64,000 nt of DNA from an uncultured Desulfosarcina sp. (lineage in GTDB: Bacteria > Desulfobacterota > Desulfobacteria > Desulfobacterales > Desulfosarcinaceae), in the NCBI GenBank assembly GCA_963674945.2, contig CAXXWQ010000002.1:224001-288000 (forward strand), given 5' to 3'. Within the stretch, counting starts at the first letter, position 1. Each line of letters starts with the position of its first letter. Below, in pieces: positions 10,719 to 20,179 of the stretch. The translations under genes were made by a program, and so were the position numbers. The notes under the pieces are model-generated. The model saw only the letters and a list, made by a program, of their open reading frames with translations. It was not told the origin of the DNA and made no database searches.

Positions 10719-11963
10719 CTATTCCGGGTACAATGGAAAGGCATCGCAAAGAGCCTTTACCTCGGCCCTGGTTTTTTTCAGGATCGCTTCGCTTGTAAGA
10801 TCATCCAGTACATCTGCCATGAGATTGCCGATGAGCCGCATCTGTCCGGCCAGCATGCCCCGGCTGGTCACGTAGGGGGTGCCCACGCGGATACCGCTGG
10901 TAACGCCCGGCCCCTTGGTATCGAATGGAATGGCGTTTTTGTTGACCGTGATACCGGCGCGTCCCAATGCCGCCTCCGCATCTTTGCCGGTGATTCCCTT
11001 TCGGGTGAGGTTGATCAGCATCAGGTGGTTGTCCGTTCCGCCGGACACCAGGTCCAACCCTCTTCCCATGAGCGTTTCGGCAAGCGCCTTGGCGTTTTTC
11101 ACGATGTTTTTCTGGTATTGTTGGAACGGTTCTCCCTGGGCCTCCTTGAACGCTACTGCTTTGGCGGCGATGACATGCATCAGTGGGCCGCCTTGAATGC
11201 CGGGAAAAACCTGGCTGTTGATCTTCTTGCCGCACTCTTCCCGGGCCAGGATCAGCCCTCCCCGGGGCCCGCGCAGGGTTTTGTGGGTGGTGGAGGTGAC
11301 CACATGGCTGTGGGGGATGGGAGATGGATGAAGCCCGGCGGCCACGAGGCCGGCGATGTGGGCCATGTCCACCATCAGCAGGGCGTCTACGGCATTGGCA
11401 ATCTGTTCCAGGGCCGCGAAATCGAAAAAGCGGGGATATGCACTGGCGCCGGCCACGATCATACGTGGTCGGTGGGTCTGTGCCAGACGTTCCACCTCAT
11501 TGTAGTCAATGGTCTCCGTTTCTCTGTTCACGCCGTAATGGACGAAATTGAAGAGTCGTCCGGAGAAACTCACCTTGGCACCGTGGGTCAGGTGGCCTCC
11601 GTGAGCCAGGTCCATACCGAGTATCGCGTCTCCCGGTTGTAGAAGGGCGAAGTAGGCGGCCATGTTCGCCTGGGACCCCGAGTGGGGCTGCACGTTGGCC
11701 TCGTCCGCGCCGAACAGCGCGCGTGCACGATCGATGGCCAATTGTTCCGCCCGGTCCACGAACTCACATCCGCCGTAGTACCTTTTTTCGGGGTATCCTT
11801 CTGCGTATTTATTGGTAAGAACGCTCCCCTGTGCCGCCATGACCGCCCGGCTTGCGATGTTTTCCGATGCGATCAGCTCGAGATGGGAGTGTTGACGTCT
11901 CTCTTCGTCCTCGATGACGCGCGCAATTTCCGGATCTACTTGTTTGATCAATTCTATGTTCAA
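10719..11963 (-). CDS. glyA: Serine hydroxymethyltransferase
   Basis: [33 protein letters not shown]. Confidence 0.98.
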   Translation of the reverse strand: MNIELIKQVDPEIARVIEDEERRQHSHLELIASENIASRAVMAAQGSVLTNKYAEGYPEKRYYGGCEFVDRAEQLAIDRARALFGADEANVQPHSGSQANMAAYFALLQPGDAILGMDLAHGGHLTHGAKVSFSGRLFNFVHYGVNRETETIDYNEVERLAQTHRPRMIVAGASAYPRFFDFAALEQIANAVDALLMVDMAHIAGLVAAGLHPSPIPHSHVVTSTTHKTLRGPRGGLILAREECGKKINSQVFPGIQGGPLMHVIAAKAVAFKEAQGEPFQQYQKNIVKNAKALAETLMGRGLDLVSGGTDNHLMLINLTRKGITGKDAEAALGRAGITVNKNAIPFDTKGPGVTSGIRVGTPYVTSRGMLAGQMRLIGNLMADVLDDLTSEAILKKTRAEVKALCDAFPLYPE

Positions 11964-11978
11964 TGGGACTCCTTCTTT

Positions 11979-12431
11979 TTATACCTTGTCAAATTGGTCC
12001 AGCCGGCGCTGGTGTCGTCCACCTTCGAAGGGCGTGTCGAGCCAGGTCTTCATGATTTCCAGGGCCAGGATGTCCCCGATGACCCGACCTCCCATGACCA
12101 GAATGTTGGCGTTGTTGTGGCGCCTGCTCATGGCGGCGGAGAAGAGATCGTTGCAGAGGGCCGCGCGGACATGGGGAAACTTGTTTGCCACCATGGACAT
12201 TCCCAATCCGGTGCCGCAGAGCAGGATACCCCGTTCGACTTCACCCGAGGAGACCTTCTCGGCCACGGCCTTGCCGGTCTCGGGATAGTCCATGGACGTC
12301 TCGTCGTGGGTGCCTGCGTCGATGACATCGAATCCCCGTTCCAGTAAGTCCGATTTCAGTGTCTCCTTCAGCCGATATGCCGCATGGTCGCAGCCGATGA
12401 TAATTTGTCGGGGGCTGGATGTCTCGGACAT
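11979..12431 (-). CDS. rpiB: Ribose-5-phosphate isomerase B
   Basis: GCDHAA, DYP, CGTGLGM, HNNAN, FEGGRH. Confidence 0.95.
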   Translation of the reverse strand: MSETSSPRQIIIGCDHAAYRLKETLKSDLLERGFDVIDAGTHDETSMDYPETGKAVAEKVSSGEVERGILLCGTGLGMSMVANKFPHVRAALCNDLFSAAMSRRHNNANILVMGGRVIGDILALEIMKTWLDTPFEGGRHQRRLDQFDKV

Positions 12432-12606
12432 GGTAAAATTCCTTTCCACGTGTCGGATCATTTCAATGTTTGTTCGTATTGCGCATCACGGATGTTTGGC
12501 AAATTGTCCGTTTGTGATGGGCAATCGCTAACATGCCTACATATATAGAACCATCGAGGACCGCAAGGAAAAAAAGGGAAGTGATTGGTATCCCACTGTT
12601 TACTGA

Positions 12607-13332
12607 TTACACTGACGAGTCCGCAAACGGTGATATGTCTTGGACCAAAATGGTACCTTCGATCACCGTCCAACGAATATTCAGGTCGTAAAGTCGTATA
12701 CCGAAATCGTTTCGACCGGACCGTCCCTTCACGGTTGCAGGACGGGGGTCTGCCGCCAATACCTGGATGATGAGATCAAAAAGCCCGGGATGCTCCGTTT
12801 CCAACCGCAGACAGGCCTTTTGTGCCGAATCGCTGAAATGAACCACCATCTCCGGGCATGGCGGATCCGCCGCAAACCCGCCGGTTGCCGTTGGAATGCT
12901 GTCGGTATAGGGCAGATACGGCTTGATGTCCAGTACCGGCGTTCGGTCCAAAAGGTCGATGCCGGACAATTCCAAACAGAGACGCCCATGGCGTCGATGT
13001 ACTCGCTGCAATGTCACGGCAGAGATGCCGATGGGATTGGGGCGGAACCCCGATCGGGTCGAAAATACGCCGATTCGCCGGTTGCCGCCGAGGCGTGGCG
13101 GACGGACGGTGGGACGCCAGGTCTCCTTTCCGATGCCGTGGAAGACGAATACGATCCAAAGGTGAGAGAAGGCCGTAAGCTCACGAAAGGCTTCATCCTG
13201 ATCATAGGGTGGCAAAATTTCCAGGGTGGCATGGGCCGCCGGCACCAATCGCGGTTGACGGGGGATGCCGAATTTTTCGCGAAAGCACGAACGTATGATG
13301 CCGATGTGGGTGAAGGAAAACGTGCTGTCCAT
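12607..13332 (-). CDS. trmO: tRNA t6A37 N6-methyltransferase TrmO/TsaA
   Basis: KFGIPRQ, VRPPRLGGN, GVFSTRS..RPNPIG, TPVLDIKPY; AGGAGG SD before ATG 13332. Confidence 0.9.
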   Translation of the reverse strand: MDSTFSFTHIGIIRSCFREKFGIPRQPRLVPAAHATLEILPPYDQDEAFRELTAFSHLWIVFVFHGIGKETWRPTVRPPRLGGNRRIGVFSTRSGFRPNPIGISAVTLQRVHRRHGRLCLELSGIDLLDRTPVLDIKPYLPYTDSIPTATGGFAADPPCPEMVVHFSDSAQKACLRLETEHPGLFDLIIQVLAADPRPATVKGRSGRNDFGIRLYDLNIRWTVIEGTILVQDISPFADSSV

Positions 13333-13753
13333 ACATGGCCTCCTGCCTGTCTTCTTTGTCATAGGGCCTACCACAGGCGCTCGCTGGGGAACAACTGGGA
13401 GATGGTCACGTTTAGGAGAGAAGCATTTTTAAACGTCGGACATTGAACATCCAACGTCAAATGATGCGATCGCTTCGTTCCATCGTCTTTGCAAAATAGC
13501 ATTTTCTACAATTTCCAGGAAGGATAACAAATGAGGGCTTTGTTTAAAAATGATAGAATTCCTTATTCGACGTTCATTAATCCGGTTGCAGACCCATTTC
13601 GCGGGGTTTCATCAAACCGACCTTCACCGGCTTGACCTTTCATCTTGACAATATGGCGTCCCTGCTCAAAATTTGGTACGATCGTGGTAACGGTACCTGG
13701 TATCCATGTCAGGCCCTTGCACGCGAAATTTTATCTAATGAGGGGAGTTCGAA

Positions 13754-14404
13754 ATGATCAATCCGGAGAAACTGCTTGGCGGACTGTTGCGAGGCTCCGC
13801 CCGGGGAAGCGGCAGAGGGTTGGGGGGGCTCGTCACCAGTGGTGTTGCCATGGGGGCATTGGGTGTCGCCATGGAGGCGGTGGAACATTTCTTGGGCAAG
13901 CCAACGGAGGCCTCCCATGCAGGCCCGACAGCCGGTGCTCCGACCATGTCCGGTCCACCACCGCCACCTCCGCCGGTAACGGGAAAGCCACCGGCATCGC
14001 CTCCACCGCCGCCCATGGCGTCGTCCCAGGAGACAACCGAAACCGACGGAAGATCGGATGCCGTGCTGCTCATTCGGGCGATGATCGCCGCGGCCAACGC
14101 CGATGGGATCATCGATGAAAAAGAGCGAGATAATATACTGAAACAACTTGAAATTGTTGCTTTATCACCGGAAGAGCACACCTTCATCGTCAAGGAACTG
14201 CTCTCGCCGGCGGACCTGGACGCCATCGTCGAAGGGGTGGATGCCCCTGAACTGGCACGGCAGGTATACGCCGTGTCCCTAATGGCCATCGAGGTGGACA
14301 CGGATCGAGAACGCGAGTACATGGAAAATCTGGCCCGCCGTTTGAAACTGGACGATGCTGCCATCGAGCAGATCCAAAACGGCATGGGGCTGAAATTATC
14401 GTAA
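13754..14404 (+). CDS. DUF533 / TerB-like tellurite-resistance-family protein with polyproline linker
   Basis: LLIRAMIAAANADG.ID..E, VYAVSLMAI.VD...E..Y...LA..L; P7 and P5 runs. Confidence 0.8.
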   Translation: MINPEKLLGGLLRGSARGSGRGLGGLVTSGVAMGALGVAMEAVEHFLGKPTEASHAGPTAGAPTMSGPPPPPPPVTGKPPASPPPPPMASSQETTETDGRSDAVLLIRAMIAAANADGIIDEKERDNILKQLEIVALSPEEHTFIVKELLSPADLDAIVEGVDAPELARQVYAVSLMAIEVDTDREREYMENLARRLKLDDAAIEQIQNGMGLKLS

Positions 14405-14417
14405 GGAGGAGTTTGAA

Positions 14418-15425
14418 ATGACCCAGTGGTATTTGAGCTTTGATGGAAATCAGGTGGGCCCCATGGAGTTGTCCGAAGCCGTCGCCACGGCCCGGGAAAA
14501 TCCGGAAGGGTTTGCATGGCGGGAGGGGTTTGCCCAGTGGCAGCCCATTGCCAGCATCGCCGAACTCAACCCTTCGACAGGCGTTCCGGTGCCCGGCCCC
14601 CCACCAATGGCGGGTGGAGGCACGCGGGCGGATGAAATCGACTATACGATTTTCGGAGCCGAGATGCAGTTCGTGGAAGTGGAGCTGGATCCCGGCGAAA
14701 GCGCCGTGGCCGAGGCCGGCGCCATGATGTACAAGGACAGCAGTATCGACATGCAGACCGTGTTTGGGGATGGGTCTGCCCGTTCCGGCGGGGGTGGATT
14801 TATGGATAAGCTGCTGGGGGCGGGCAAACGGCTGCTTACCGGGGAGAGCCTCTTCATGACCGTGTTTACCCATACCGGTCAAGGCAAGGCCCACGTATCC
14901 TTCGGTGCTCCCTATCCGGGGAACATCATTCCCGTGCCCCTGACCAGTGTCGGCGGGTGCCTGATCTGCCAAAAGGATAGCTTCCTTTGTGCGGCAAAGG
15001 GGGTTTCCATCGGCATTCACATGCAAAAGAAAATCCTCACGGGACTATTCGGCGGCGAAGGCTTCATCATGCAAAAGCTGGAGGGCGATGGCATGGTCTT
15101 CGTCCATGCCGGCGGCACCGTAGTGGAGCGTGAACTCAAACAAGGAGAAGTCCTGGACGTGGACACCGGCTGCATCGTGGCCTTGGAGCAGAGCGTCAGC
15201 TTTGATATCCGTCAGGCGGGAAACATCAAGACGGCCCTGTTCGGCGGCGAAGGCCTGTTCTTTGCCACCTTGCAGGGACCCGGACGGATTTGGCTTCAGA
15301 GCCTGCCCTTTTCCCGCCTAGCCGGCCGCATGCTCCAGGCGGCACCCCAGAAAGGGGGAAGCCGGGGCGAAGGGTCCATCCTCGGCTCGTTGGGGGGGCT
15401 GATCGATGGTGACAACCGTTTTTAG
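14418..15425 (+). CDS. TIGR00266/AIM24-family protein with N-terminal GYF_2-like domain
   Basis: N-terminal WY....GNQVGPM..WREGFAQW; AEAGAMMY, TGESLF, FGGEG repeats, WLQSLP. Confidence 0.88.
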   Translation: MTQWYLSFDGNQVGPMELSEAVATARENPEGFAWREGFAQWQPIASIAELNPSTGVPVPGPPPMAGGGTRADEIDYTIFGAEMQFVEVELDPGESAVAEAGAMMYKDSSIDMQTVFGDGSARSGGGGFMDKLLGAGKRLLTGESLFMTVFTHTGQGKAHVSFGAPYPGNIIPVPLTSVGGCLICQKDSFLCAAKGVSIGIHMQKKILTGLFGGEGFIMQKLEGDGMVFVHAGGTVVERELKQGEVLDVDTGCIVALEQSVSFDIRQAGNIKTALFGGEGLFFATLQGPGRIWLQSLPFSRLAGRMLQAAPQKGGSRGEGSILGSLGGLIDGDNRF

Positions 15426-15550
15426 AATACCCTTGCGCTACATTACGCATTTGGCTGCGTAATCAGAAAGGGGGACGTGTCCGCGGGAGCTGAGATGGTT
15501 TTTTTGCAGCGCTGCCGGTGATTTTATCGGCGTTGTTTCCATTCTTGGTA

Positions 15551-15889
15551 TTACCGCCATTGTTGAAATCCCTCATATTCCGACGTGCCTGCGGCGGTTT
15601 TTTTCCATTCAAGCCATTGCTGATAGGATTCAAATTCTTTATGAGCAGAGCGGGCCGGCTCGTTGGCAACGGCGTCAGGAGAAGATTGTGCATCTGTTCC
15701 CTCACTTGCCGGAAACAGGCCGTCTTCGTTGGAATCATACAGCACGATTCCATCATCGTCCTTGGATATTACACCTGGACCGGCAGGGATTTCATCAGAC
15801 CGGGGCGGGTCAAATGGATTGCCTGCGCAATTCCAGGTAACGATGGAAATATAGAACAAACCAAATAACAGCAGATTATTCGTGTTCAT
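15551..15889 (-). CDS. Hypothetical lipoprotein, possibly with a premature stop
   Basis: Hydrophobic N-terminus ending TWNC; C-terminal E-F/Y-QQW repeats. Confidence 0.6.
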   Translation of the reverse strand: MNTNNLLLFGLFYISIVTWNCAGNPFDPPRSDEIPAGPGVISKDDDGIVLYDSNEDGLFPASEGTDAQSSPDAVANEPARSAHKEFESYQQWLEWKKTAAGTSEYEGFQQWR

Positions 15890-16217
15890 GAGATCCTTGT
15901 TGTCGAATTGATCGAACACGTATTTGCAGGTGGCGCTCCATCGAGAGCGTATCGTTATCACTGATATACATTAAAAACCAAGGAAGCGGTACACCGCTCC
16001 CGTAATCATTGCCATCGTCTATGCGCAACCGGAATGTCAAAATTTGACACGGGTGCCGATCATCACGAGATTGATGTCTTCGATGTCTGAATGGAATCCA
16101 TCCGAAAACCAGCGACGGATGGATTCCAATCGGAGGGAGGTGTCAATCCAAAACGATCCCAGACCCATGGAAAGACGATACTTTTGAGTAAGACAACCCT
16201 TTCTGCGTCAGATCATC

Positions 16218-16583
16218 TCAGGCGAAAATATCCTGGGGCATATACGGATGGGCGCCTTCAATTACCTCTATTCCGGCTTTTGCCTTTACTTTTCGGATGA
16301 TGGCTTCACTGTGGGGACAGTGATCCGTAATGCAGGGTGCAATATGCACACGGGTCGGTTTTTCGGCCATCGGTTTGTTCCAGAGGCTCAATTGCGCCAG
16401 TCGTGTAACGATTGTGGCTCCAGGACAATCTCCGCAGCTGAGAAGGCCAATCACTTCAGCCTCTTTCCCGGCATACCTTTCAAAGGCGCCTTTTCTACGA
16501 TTAAATCCCACCAAACATCGCGAACATCCAATGCAAACTTCGTTCATGGCTCTTTGACAACCAACAATGAGTATCTTTTCCAT
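16218..16583 (-). CDS. CGGC-domain Cys-rich protein
   Basis: IVGC, CIGCSRC, SCGDCPG, HIAPC..HCP, EGAH. Confidence 0.8.
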   Translation of the reverse strand: MEKILIVGCQRAMNEVCIGCSRCLVGFNRRKGAFERYAGKEAEVIGLLSCGDCPGATIVTRLAQLSLWNKPMAEKPTRVHIAPCITDHCPHSEAIIRKVKAKAGIEVIEGAHPYMPQDIFA

Positions 16584-16652
16584 GGCCACTCCAATCGTTA
16601 CTGGTAAAAAGGTCGAGGCGGATCGAAAACCACAATTCAGAATATAACGGGC

Positions 16653-18506
16653 TTACATGTGACTCGCATTGATCAGCAGATGAACGATAATGCTGGCTGC
16701 ATAGCCAATGGCAATGATGGGGGTCCACTTGAGATGGGCGCCGAAAGTGTATTTCCCACGGGCTGTGCCCATCAGGGCCACACCGGCTGCCGATCCGATG
16801 GACAGCAGGCTGCCGCCCACGCCGGCCGTCAGGGTTACCAACAGCCACTGGCCGTGAGACATCTCCGGCGACATGGTGAGCACGGCGAACATTACCGGAA
16901 TGTTGTCCACGATGGCCGACAGGAGGCCCACCATGGTGTTGGCCCAGGTGGCGCCTAAATCGTGGTAAAGAAACTGCGAGACGGCTGCCAGGTAGCCGAA
17001 CTGGGCCAAGCCGCCAACACAGAGAATGACGCCGTAGAAAAAAAGCAGCGTGTCCCACTCCGCCTGGGCGATGCGCTTCATGATATCGAAATGGGCCATA
17101 CTCTTTTTCTGGTTGGTGAAATCCTGTAGGACCTCCATGGCGCCGATCACGTTGCCGCCGATATCCTTGAGCGGAAGGGCAGAAAAGGTGATCCACTTGC
17201 CGCCGTCATTCAATTCAGGGAAAAACGCGCTGGCATCGTATGTATCCTTCACGCGGGGATTTTTGCGGTAGCCTTGTTTGTAGTGCTCGCTGATCACCTT
17301 TTCCGGCTGGTAGTCGAGGATCAGGTCGGCCATGCAGGGTCTCTCGCTCGGATAAAAGGGTTTCCACTGGTTGTTGGTGCCGATCATCTCCTCGGCCTTG
17401 AGGCCGGTCAGATCTTCCATGGCCCTGTTCCAGTGGGTGATCACATGATTCGTGTCGATGGCAAAGGTCGGTTCGGGCATGCGATTCATGAATTTGTCGA
17501 TGCTCACTCTGCGTTCGATCAACCGGGTCAGTGGCTGCAATGTCATGTCGGTCCCGGTGCCGAGAATGCCGTCATAGGATTCACTACGCCCCTCGTAGCG
17601 TTTGATGTAGTAGGAAAAGGCACCCAGGTACGCCATGCCGAGCATCATTCCGGCGGCCGGCGGCAAGTGCAGAAAATTGTGGAAGCTCACGGCGGTGATG
17701 ATGGTGGCCAGAAACAGACCGATGATCACGAAACCGCCGAACTTCACTCTTACCTTCTCCTTGACCTGCTTGGGCGGTTCCTTGCCCACTGCAAGGCTCA
17801 TGACAACCGCCGGAACCAGCCAGTTGACGGCCGAGGGGACGAAAATGGAAAAAAACTCAATAAAATCAACTTTTCCTTTTTGCCACACCATCAACGTGGT
17901 GATGTCGCCAAAGGGTGAAAAAGCACCTCCAGCATTGGCGGCCACCACCACATTGATGCAGGCCAGTGCTACGAACTTGATGTTGTCGCCGGCAACGGCC
18001 ATCACCACCGCACCCATCAACAGGGCGGTGGTGAGGTTGTCGGCCACGGGCGAGATGAAAAATGCCAACAGGCCGGTGACCCAGAAGATCATACGCAGGG
18101 AAAAGCCGCGGGTGACCAGCCAGGCGCGCAGCGCCTGGAACACGTTGCGTTCTTCCATGGAGTTGATGTAGGTCATGGCGGCCAACAGGAATAAAAACAG
18201 CTCCGCGTACTCGAGCAGGTTGTTCTTGATGGCCTCGTGTGCGCTGTGGGTGTCACCGATCTTAATATAGGCGACGGCCAGCAGCACCCAGATAATACCG
18301 GCGGCAAAAAGTACCGGCTTGCTTTTACGCAGGTGGATGTTGTTCTCCAACGGCACAAGGCAGTAGGCTGCCACAAAGATAAAAATGCCCAGATAGCCGT
18401 AAATCGTATGGGTCAGATCGGCCGGGGCGGCACCATGCCCTTCCGAAGCGAAAGCGATCGCCGGCATGGCCAAAAAGCAAAAAAGCATCCGTACAATAGT
18501 TCTCAT
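16653..18506 (-). CDS. nhaD: NhaD-family Na+/H+ antiporter with inserted PAS domain
   Basis: LRKSKPV, FLFLLAAMTYIN, SPVADNLTT, AANAGGAFSPFGDITT, EWDTLLFFYG, SAIVDNIP, GGSLLSIGSAAGVALMG; PAS at about 17105-17500. Confidence 0.9.
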   Translation of the reverse strand: MRTIVRMLFCFLAMPAIAFASEGHGAAPADLTHTIYGYLGIFIFVAAYCLVPLENNIHLRKSKPVLFAAGIIWVLLAVAYIKIGDTHSAHEAIKNNLLEYAELFLFLLAAMTYINSMEERNVFQALRAWLVTRGFSLRMIFWVTGLLAFFISPVADNLTTALLMGAVVMAVAGDNIKFVALACINVVVAANAGGAFSPFGDITTLMVWQKGKVDFIEFFSIFVPSAVNWLVPAVVMSLAVGKEPPKQVKEKVRVKFGGFVIIGLFLATIITAVSFHNFLHLPPAAGMMLGMAYLGAFSYYIKRYEGRSESYDGILGTGTDMTLQPLTRLIERRVSIDKFMNRMPEPTFAIDTNHVITHWNRAMEDLTGLKAEEMIGTNNQWKPFYPSERPCMADLILDYQPEKVISEHYKQGYRKNPRVKDTYDASAFFPELNDGGKWITFSALPLKDIGGNVIGAMEVLQDFTNQKKSMAHFDIMKRIAQAEWDTLLFFYGVILCVGGLAQFGYLAAVSQFLYHDLGATWANTMVGLLSAIVDNIPVMFAVLTMSPEMSHGQWLLVTLTAGVGGSLLSIGSAAGVALMGTARGKYTFGAHLKWTPIIAIGYAASIIVHLLINASHM

Positions 18507-18652
18507 CGCACCACCTTTCATCCAGTAAGCCAGATAAATGAGTAAATATTTTCGCCACCCAACCAAAAAAAAGGCTTCAATCTATTCCTATCAAAACGCT
18601 AGGTCAAGGAAAAATTCGGAGAGATATTGATTGAGGGCAAACCGAAATCGAA

Positions 18653-19052
18653 TTGCGTTTGAGCGAGGAACGCTATCGAAGGTTCTTCGAACAAGACATT
18701 ATCGGGGACCTGTTGACATCAATGGATGGCAAAATCATCTTTTCACCACCAAGGATAAGGCGGAGGGAACAGGGTTGGGGTTTCCCGTGGTTCACGGTAT
18801 TTTTACCAAGTCCAAAGGGGGCGATCAAAGTGGCTTCCTCGCATAAAGGGACCCGATTCGACGTCTTCTTGCCCTATCTGGATGACGATGTGTCGAACCT
18901 TCTTCCCAAAATTTACAATCGATTCCCACGGGAAGTGAAACCATCGTTATCGCGGATGGCGAGGACTTCATCGTTTATATAGAAACACAGGTGCTGACAT
19001 CGCTTGGCTATCATGTCACCGGGTTAACAAGCAGCGCTGAGGCCCTGCAATA
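18653..19052 (+). pseudogene. Remnant of a hybrid PAS/histidine kinase/receiver gene
   Basis: Frameshifted fragments: LRLSEERYRRFFE (PAS start), FTTK..EGTGLG..VHGI (HATPase), GTRFDVFLP, GSETIVIAD..LGYHVT..SSAEAL (receiver). Confidence 0.75.
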
Positions 19053-19109
19053 GGTAGCGGAACAAACAGATGCGGATAGGAGCGGTTCGAGAAAATAGTG
19101 AATGTCCGT

Positions 19110-19166
19110 TTACTTTTCTCTCATTATCATCAAGTACTCTCTAATCATGTTCTTGTTTTCGTTCAT
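19110..19166 (-). CDS. Small ORF (18 aa, MNENKNMIREYLMIMREK), leader peptide or truncated gene
   Basis: Strong SD AAAGGAGG upstream of ATG 19166, directly after the structured RNA. Confidence 0.35.
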   Translation of the reverse strand: MNENKNMIREYLMIMREK

Positions 19167-19181
19167 TTGAACCCTCCTTTC

Positions 19182-19251
19182 ACCAGGACCCGGATGCCGT
19201 GGCACCGGAGACAAGGAGTTATCTCCTGCATCAAGGGCTGATGCGCCTGGT
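19182..19251 (-). ncRNA. Candidate structured cis-regulatory RNA (four-way junction)
   Basis: Closing stem ACCAGG/CCUGGU encloses three hairpins; G-U pairs form only on the minus strand. Confidence 0.5.
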
Positions 19252-19594
19252 CTGATTACCTCTAAGCATAACTGAAACGGTCTGTATGCGATGAATATCA
19301 TATCGTTTTTAGGTATTCGCGGGCTGTCGTCCAGCGGAAAACCGAAATTGATCTGGGTGTATGCGTTTGTACAAACTTGCCCGTGACAACTGCGCATATT
19401 AACGATTGGTGATTCCTGAAACGGTCCGTTGACAATGCCTATGCCAAGGGGTATCAATACAAAATCGTTGCCGATGATTAGACCGGCCTTGTCCTCCCCA
19501 TGGTTGTATCTTTTTGTTGCACTGCGATCGTCTCTTCTTACATGCACGGACAACCCTGCCGGACGCAAATTCGATTTTCTGGAAGGAAGGAGAT

Positions 19595-20170
19595 ATGCAA
19601 GCCAAAGCGATACGATGGTTTTCATTGGGGCTTATCGTAATTGTCACGGTGGCTTCTTCGGTGGATGGATATGAAACGCCGGGGGAAGGCGCGTACTTGC
19701 CTGATTTCGAGCTTGAAGTCCCTCAAAGTCAGACAGCGCGCCAATATCTCGGCCTGTCGGGGGAAGGACGCTTTCGAATTTCCCAGATCATGGCCGATTT
19801 CGTTATCATGGAAATATTCAGCATGTATTGCCCCCATTGCCAACGGGAGGCGCCGACGATGAATGCGTTTTACCACCGCATCGAAAGCTCACCAAAATTG
19901 CGTGACCGGGTAAAACTCATCGGCATCGGTGTGGGCAACTCCCCCTTGGAGGTGGACTTTTTCCGAGAGCAGTACAACGTTCCCTTCCCCTTGTTCGCTG
20001 ACGGCGATTTTGCCATCCACAAGCTGATCGGCGAGGTACGCACACCCTATTTCTTCGGCGTCGCCATTACACCAGATGGTTCGCAGCGGATCTTTTTTTC
20101 CGGGCTCGGCGGTGCAAAAGATGCCCAGGCGCTGTTGGATGAGATGATCCAAAAAACCGGCTTGGAATGA
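19595..20170 (+). CDS. Exported TlpA-like thioredoxin-fold redoxin
   Basis: Signal peptide, FSMYCPHC, cis-Pro motif RTPYF. Confidence 0.85.
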   Translation: MQAKAIRWFSLGLIVIVTVASSVDGYETPGEGAYLPDFELEVPQSQTARQYLGLSGEGRFRISQIMADFVIMEIFSMYCPHCQREAPTMNAFYHRIESSPKLRDRVKLIGIGVGNSPLEVDFFREQYNVPFPLFADGDFAIHKLIGEVRTPYFFGVAITPDGSQRIFFSGLGGAKDAQALLDEMIQKTGLE

Positions 20171-20179
20171 GAAAGGAAC

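Noticed and set aside
9604..12600. FMN riboswitch for the rib genes
   Set aside because: No RFN consensus seen; the intergenic gaps are short and the genes sit within a longer operon.
19182..19251. tRNA interpretation of the cloverleaf
   Set aside because: No TTC-containing T-loop, D-loop GG or 7-nt anticodon loop; kept as a candidate leader RNA instead.
19110..19625. 171-aa minus-strand ORF
   Set aside because: No recognisable motifs; overlaps the redoxin start and the RNA structure; only the last 18 codons have an SD.
20168..20170. Selenocysteine read-through at the redoxin TGA
   Set aside because: The thioredoxin fold is complete with CPHC, and the next gene has its own SD and signal peptide.
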